A stretch of DNA of 64,000 bases, taken from Actinomycetes bacterium. GTDB taxonomy: Bacteria; Actinomycetota; Acidimicrobiia; Acidimicrobiales; Bog-793. Of this stretch, positions 61,121-64,000 are shown in pieces (the first letter of the stretch is position 1; every line of letters starts with the position of its first letter). The stretch is from contig JAJZBI010000001.1 of NCBI GenBank assembly GCA_021798985.1, positions 128,194 to 192,193 on the forward strand. Direction: 5' to 3'. The notes under the pieces were generated by a model. It was not told the DNA's origin. It worked only from the letters and a program-made list of their open reading frames with translations, and ran no database searches. A program made the position numbers and the translations under genes.

Positions 61121-62320
61121 CTAGGGCTCGACCCGGAGCGCGATGTCGGCCTGGCGCTGCAGTCCTCCGGGGAATCCCGCCGTCACCTGGAGCCGGTAGC
61201 TCGCCCCCGAGCGGACAGCGAGCGGACCAAGGGTGAGGTAGCGGGCATCGCCCGGCGCGAGCGGGCCGAGACGGCGCAGGGCGTGCTCGGGCGACGCGGC
61301 GACCCTGCCCGTCGGGACGAGCGTCGCCTGGACGAGGCCGCCGTCGACCGGCAAGTTGCCCGTCGAGGCGACGACCACCGTGACCGTGAGGCGCGACGTC
61401 GCCTGCACGAGGGACACCGACCCGGCCGGGGGGATTTGCAGCGTCGTCGTCGTCACGACGGGCGCTGTCGTCGTCGTGGCGCCGTGGTAGTGCCGGCGTC
61501 GCGGGGGGTGGTGGCCGAGCGTCGTCGCCGTGCCGGTGAGCGGCACGGCGGAGGTCGACAGCGTCGTGGTGGTCGTCGTCGAGGTGGTCGTGGTCGGGGG
61601 CGCGACGATGGTCGTCGGCAGGCCGTCGATCTTCAGCACCCGTGGCTGGAGGGAGACCGCGAGCAGGCTGAGCTGGCGGCGTCCCGCGAGCGCCTGCGCA
61701 CGGTTGAGCACGCTGACCCAGACCGATAAGGCCGCCGGGCTCCAGGCCGACGGCGAACGCAGCCACACCGACGATCCGAGCCGGCGGGCTCCGTGCCGCG
61801 GCAGCTCGCGAAGAAAGCGTTGATAGGCCGCATCCCCGGCGCGCACCTCCGCGGCGACCCTGGCGAGGGCCGCCTCGGCGCTCTGCGCAGCGGCCGCGTT
61901 GCCCGTCGCCAGTGCGATCGCTCCGGTCAGCTGGGTGGCGGCTCGGGCACGATCGGCGAACACGGCGCCAAGGGTCGCACCGCTCGCGGGAGTGGGCGGT
62001 GCGAGCTCGAGCGCGCGGTAATCGCGCTGGAGCTGCTGGGCGCTTCCTTGGAGCTCGCCGAGAAGGGCGTCGAGCTGGGTCCGATGCAGGCTGCTGCCGT
62101 TGCGTACCTCGCTCAGGGTCGCCGACAGGGCGCTGCTCTGGTCGACGAGCGGCGCCACCGCGGCGATCCAGCTGCGCGTGCTGCGGGTGGCCGCGGCCCC
62201 CGAGCTCGAGACCACCTGGTTGGCCACCTCGCCGATCACCAAGGCGACCAGCAGTCCGGCGAGGACCGAAAGCCAGATGCGGCGGCGGCGCCGCGGGCTG
62301 GACAGACGGCTCCCGAGCAT
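61121..62320 (-). CDS. Hypothetical membrane-anchored protein with Thr-rich linker
   Basis: In-frame part of ORF 61121..62389 (ATG 62320). It has an N-terminal RRRRR + TM anchor (IWLSVLAGLLVALVIG), an Ala-rich helical region, PPTTTTSTTTTTTLSTS..ATTTTAPVVTTTT, and a beta-rich C-terminal ~110 aa. No family was recognised. Confidence 0.6.
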   Translation of the reverse strand: MLGSRLSSPRRRRRIWLSVLAGLLVALVIGEVANQVVSSSGAAATRSTRSWIAAVAPLVDQSSALSATLSEVRNGSSLHRTQLDALLGELQGSAQQLQRDYRALELAPPTPASGATLGAVFADRARAATQLTGAIALATGNAAAAQSAEAALARVAAEVRAGDAAYQRFLRELPRHGARRLGSSVWLRSPSAWSPAALSVWVSVLNRAQALAGRRQLSLLAVSLQPRVLKIDGLPTTIVAPPTTTTSTTTTTTLSTSAVPLTGTATTLGHHPPRRRHYHGATTTTAPVVTTTTLQIPPAGSVSLVQATSRLTVTVVVASTGNLPVDGGLVQATLVPTGRVAASPEHALRRLGPLAPGDARYLTLGPLAVRSGASYRLQVTAGFPGGLQRQADIALRVEP

Positions 62321-62468
62321 CGGCCGCACGCTAGCGGCTCGTCCGACCGCGGACGGATCGGCACGGCGCGCCCGGCACCGACAAAGCAATGGTTCGCCAA
62401 GAGGCCCGACCTATGCTTCCCGGAGCAGCGCGACGCAGGAGCCGTCCGACGACCAAGGAGCGCCAACC

Positions 62469-63281
62469 CTGGACTCTCGCTGGTTTCTCGACGTCAATCG
62501 GCTGGTTGCCGGCAGCGGGTTCGCGCACGGCATGGCGCGGGCGTTCCACTCCTGGGCCGCCTTCGTGCTCTTCGGCGTGCTCGTCGCCGCCGGTTGGTGG
62601 CGGGCCCGCAGCGGACGCACGGGCGGGGGCTCCCGCCAGCTCTCGGCATCGCTGGCGACGCCGGTCGCCGGCGCGCTCGCCTATCTCGTGGCGCTCCCGA
62701 CCGCCCGGGCCGTCGGCCACCCACGGCCCTACCAGGTGCTTGCGCACGTCGTCGTGCTCGCCCACCGCTCGACGTCACCAGGCCTCCCCAACGCTGAAGC
62801 GGCCATGGCGCTCGGTGTCGCCGTCGCCCTCTTCATGGCACGCGACCGCCTGCTCGGCACGCTCGCCGTGCTGGGCGCGCTCGCGGTCGCGTTCAACGAG
62901 TGCTACGTCGGCCTCGCCTTCCCTGCAGACGCCGCCGCTGGCCTCGGGCTCGGGTTGGCCGTCGCGCTCGTGATCGTCGGCATCACCCGCCCTGCACTCG
63001 CGGCGGGGATCGTTGCCATCGGGCGCTCGTCGGTGGGCAAGCGCCTCACTCCGACCGCGGCGCCGTCACGCAATCCGCTGGCACCCGCGGCACCCGCGCC
63101 GGCAGCCGGCGGGAGCCGCTCCAGCAGTGCCGGGCCCGCGGGCCGACCCGTGACGCTCGCCGCCACCGGTGCCGTCCGTCTGCTCGAGGATCGCCCCCTT
63201 TCCCCCCGCCAGGCGGCGACCGACGTGCCCGCTAGGGGAGCGGTCACCTTCCCCAAGGCCCCCGAGCACCGAGCACCGTAG
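62469..63281 (+). CDS. PAP2-superfamily-like integral membrane protein with degenerate catalytic motifs (start uncertain, possible CTG)
   Basis: In the frame of ORF 62100..63281: WFLDVNRLVAGSGFAHGMARAFHSWAAFVLFGVLVAAGWW..GHPRPY..GLPNAEAAMALGVAV..FNECYVGLAFPADAAAGLGLG follows PAP2 topology and motif spacing. There is no in-frame ATG/GTG/TTG between the antisense-overlapping 62100 and ATG 62532. AAGGAG (62455..62460) lies 8 nt before the CTG at 62469. Confidence 0.5.
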   Translation: MDSRWFLDVNRLVAGSGFAHGMARAFHSWAAFVLFGVLVAAGWWRARSGRTGGGSRQLSASLATPVAGALAYLVALPTARAVGHPRPYQVLAHVVVLAHRSTSPGLPNAEAAMALGVAVALFMARDRLLGTLAVLGALAVAFNECYVGLAFPADAAAGLGLGLAVALVIVGITRPALAAGIVAIGRSSVGKRLTPTAAPSRNPLAPAAPAPAAGGSRSSSAGPAGRPVTLAATGAVRLLEDRPLSPRQAATDVPARGAVTFPKAPEHRAP

Positions 63282-63515
63282 CCCCCACAACGATCGCCCT
63301 CGCCGATCGCCGGAGCACGGCCGCGTGGAGCGTCCGCGACCCGACGGGTCGTCGTCGCCTCGCGCCTGGCCCTCGCATCCCAGCCGTGCCCCGCACTGCC
63401 GTCGCTGGCCTGCCCCCGCGGCGAGCCGAAGCGATCAACCGCGCGCCGAGCGGCGCCGGGACGAAGGGGAGCGGCTCACTAAACTGCGGTCGCTTGCCGC
63501 CACCAGGCGGTGTCG

Positions 63516-63588
63516 GCCGGTGTGGCGCAGTTGGTAGCGCAGGCGATTTGTAATCGTCAGGTCGTGGGTTCGAGCCCCACCACCGGCT
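63516..63588 (+). tRNA. tRNA-Thr (anticodon UGU)
   Basis: GCCGGTGTGGCGCAGTTGGTAGCGCAGGCGATTTGTAATCGTCAGGTCGTGGGTTCGAGCCCCACCACCGGCT folds as a cloverleaf with all four stems. The anticodon loop is TTTGTAA and CCA is not encoded. Confidence 0.92.
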
Positions 63589-63675
63589 CTGCGTCGCTGT
63601 TCGTCAAGGCGTCCCGGCACGTCCGCGTCCCACTTGGGCCTCGTCCACGCGAGCCGGCCACGCCGGGCGCACCGC

Positions 63676-64000
63676 TCAGCGGTAGTCGCGAGGGATCTCG
63701 TAGACGCCCGGCTCGACGACCTTGCCCGCTGCTGTGAGGACCTCGATCTTCTCGACGTCGAGCGGCTCGAGCTCGGCGCCGACGTAGCCCGGGTACTCCT
63801 CGGCGGGGATCGTCCGGTAACCGCCGTCGGCGTCGCGCACCACGATGTTGTGCACCTTGCGCTTGCCGGCGTTCGGCGTGCCTTGCAGCTCCTTGCAGAT
63901 CTTGTAGGCGATCGGCCAGACGACGATCGGCACCACGATGGCGGCGATGCGGAAGCTCCACAGCACCGTGTTCAAGGTGATCGACAGGTAGTTGGCCAGC
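63676..64000 (-). CDS. Cytochrome b subunit of the bc1-type complex (QcrB-like), C-terminal part only; continues beyond window end
   Basis: The reading frame is open to the window edge: ..ANYLSITLNTVLWSFRIAAIVVPIVVWPIAYKICKELQG.. This parallels the last TM helix and tail of actinobacterial QcrB (..LNAITW.GRI..I.P..AY.ITYR.C.GLQ..) as I recall it. Confidence 0.5.
   Translation of the reverse strand, partial: LANYLSITLNTVLWSFRIAAIVVPIVVWPIAYKICKELQGTPNAGKRKVHNIVVRDADGGYRTIPAEEYPGYVGAELEPLDVEKIEVLTAAGKVVEPGVYEIPRDYR

Overview
By eye this is a very GC-rich window (about 70% G+C, not computed). Gene order looks like a core chromosomal region of an Actinomycetota-type genome, and I cannot place the taxon further. 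Gene order resembles the mycobacterial carD-ispD-ispF, radA-disA, clpC1, lysS-coaX and folK-folB-folP-folE-hpt-tilS neighbourhoods. Expected neighbours ftsH, panCD, lsr2 and cysS are absent from their usual positions. I support about 65 CDSs. They include argS, acnA, otsA/otsB/gpgS, groEL, hemQ, gltA, clpC, lysS, lon, pheA, sigH-rsrA, larE and larB-larC, three ABC systems and a vapBC module. I also support two tRNAs (Ser-UGA, Thr-UGU), three riboswitch-like leaders (two divergent cobalamin elements and one SAM element), a perfect CIRCE operator, several hairpin terminators and two pseudogene fragments. The ORF track uses the longest ATG/GTG/TTG ORF, so many starts were trimmed using RBS position, 4-nt stop/start overlaps and family N-termini. 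Many long Arg/Pro/Gly-rich ORFs antisense to real genes are high-GC artefacts. The most interesting signals are listed here. (1) A SAM-riboswitch-controlled threonine-synthase homologue is translationally coupled to a MoaD/ThiS-type GG-terminated sulfur carrier, suggesting a MetM/MetO-type homocysteine route rather than threonine synthesis. (2) Two back-to-back cobalamin riboswitches share a 36/37-nt inverted B12 box. (3) An atypical cysteine-less dual-specificity-phosphatase-fold gene is translationally coupled inside the folP-folB-folK operon. (4) DisA lacks its helix-hairpin-helix domain. (5) Nickel-pincer cofactor genes are split (hemQ-larE-NIL versus larB-larC) and no larA is present in the window. 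(6) Two genes (folE and a degenerate PAP2-like gene) appear to need CTG initiation. (7) A decayed 2-kb accessory islet carries vapBC. No CRISPR array, transposase or integrase was found.
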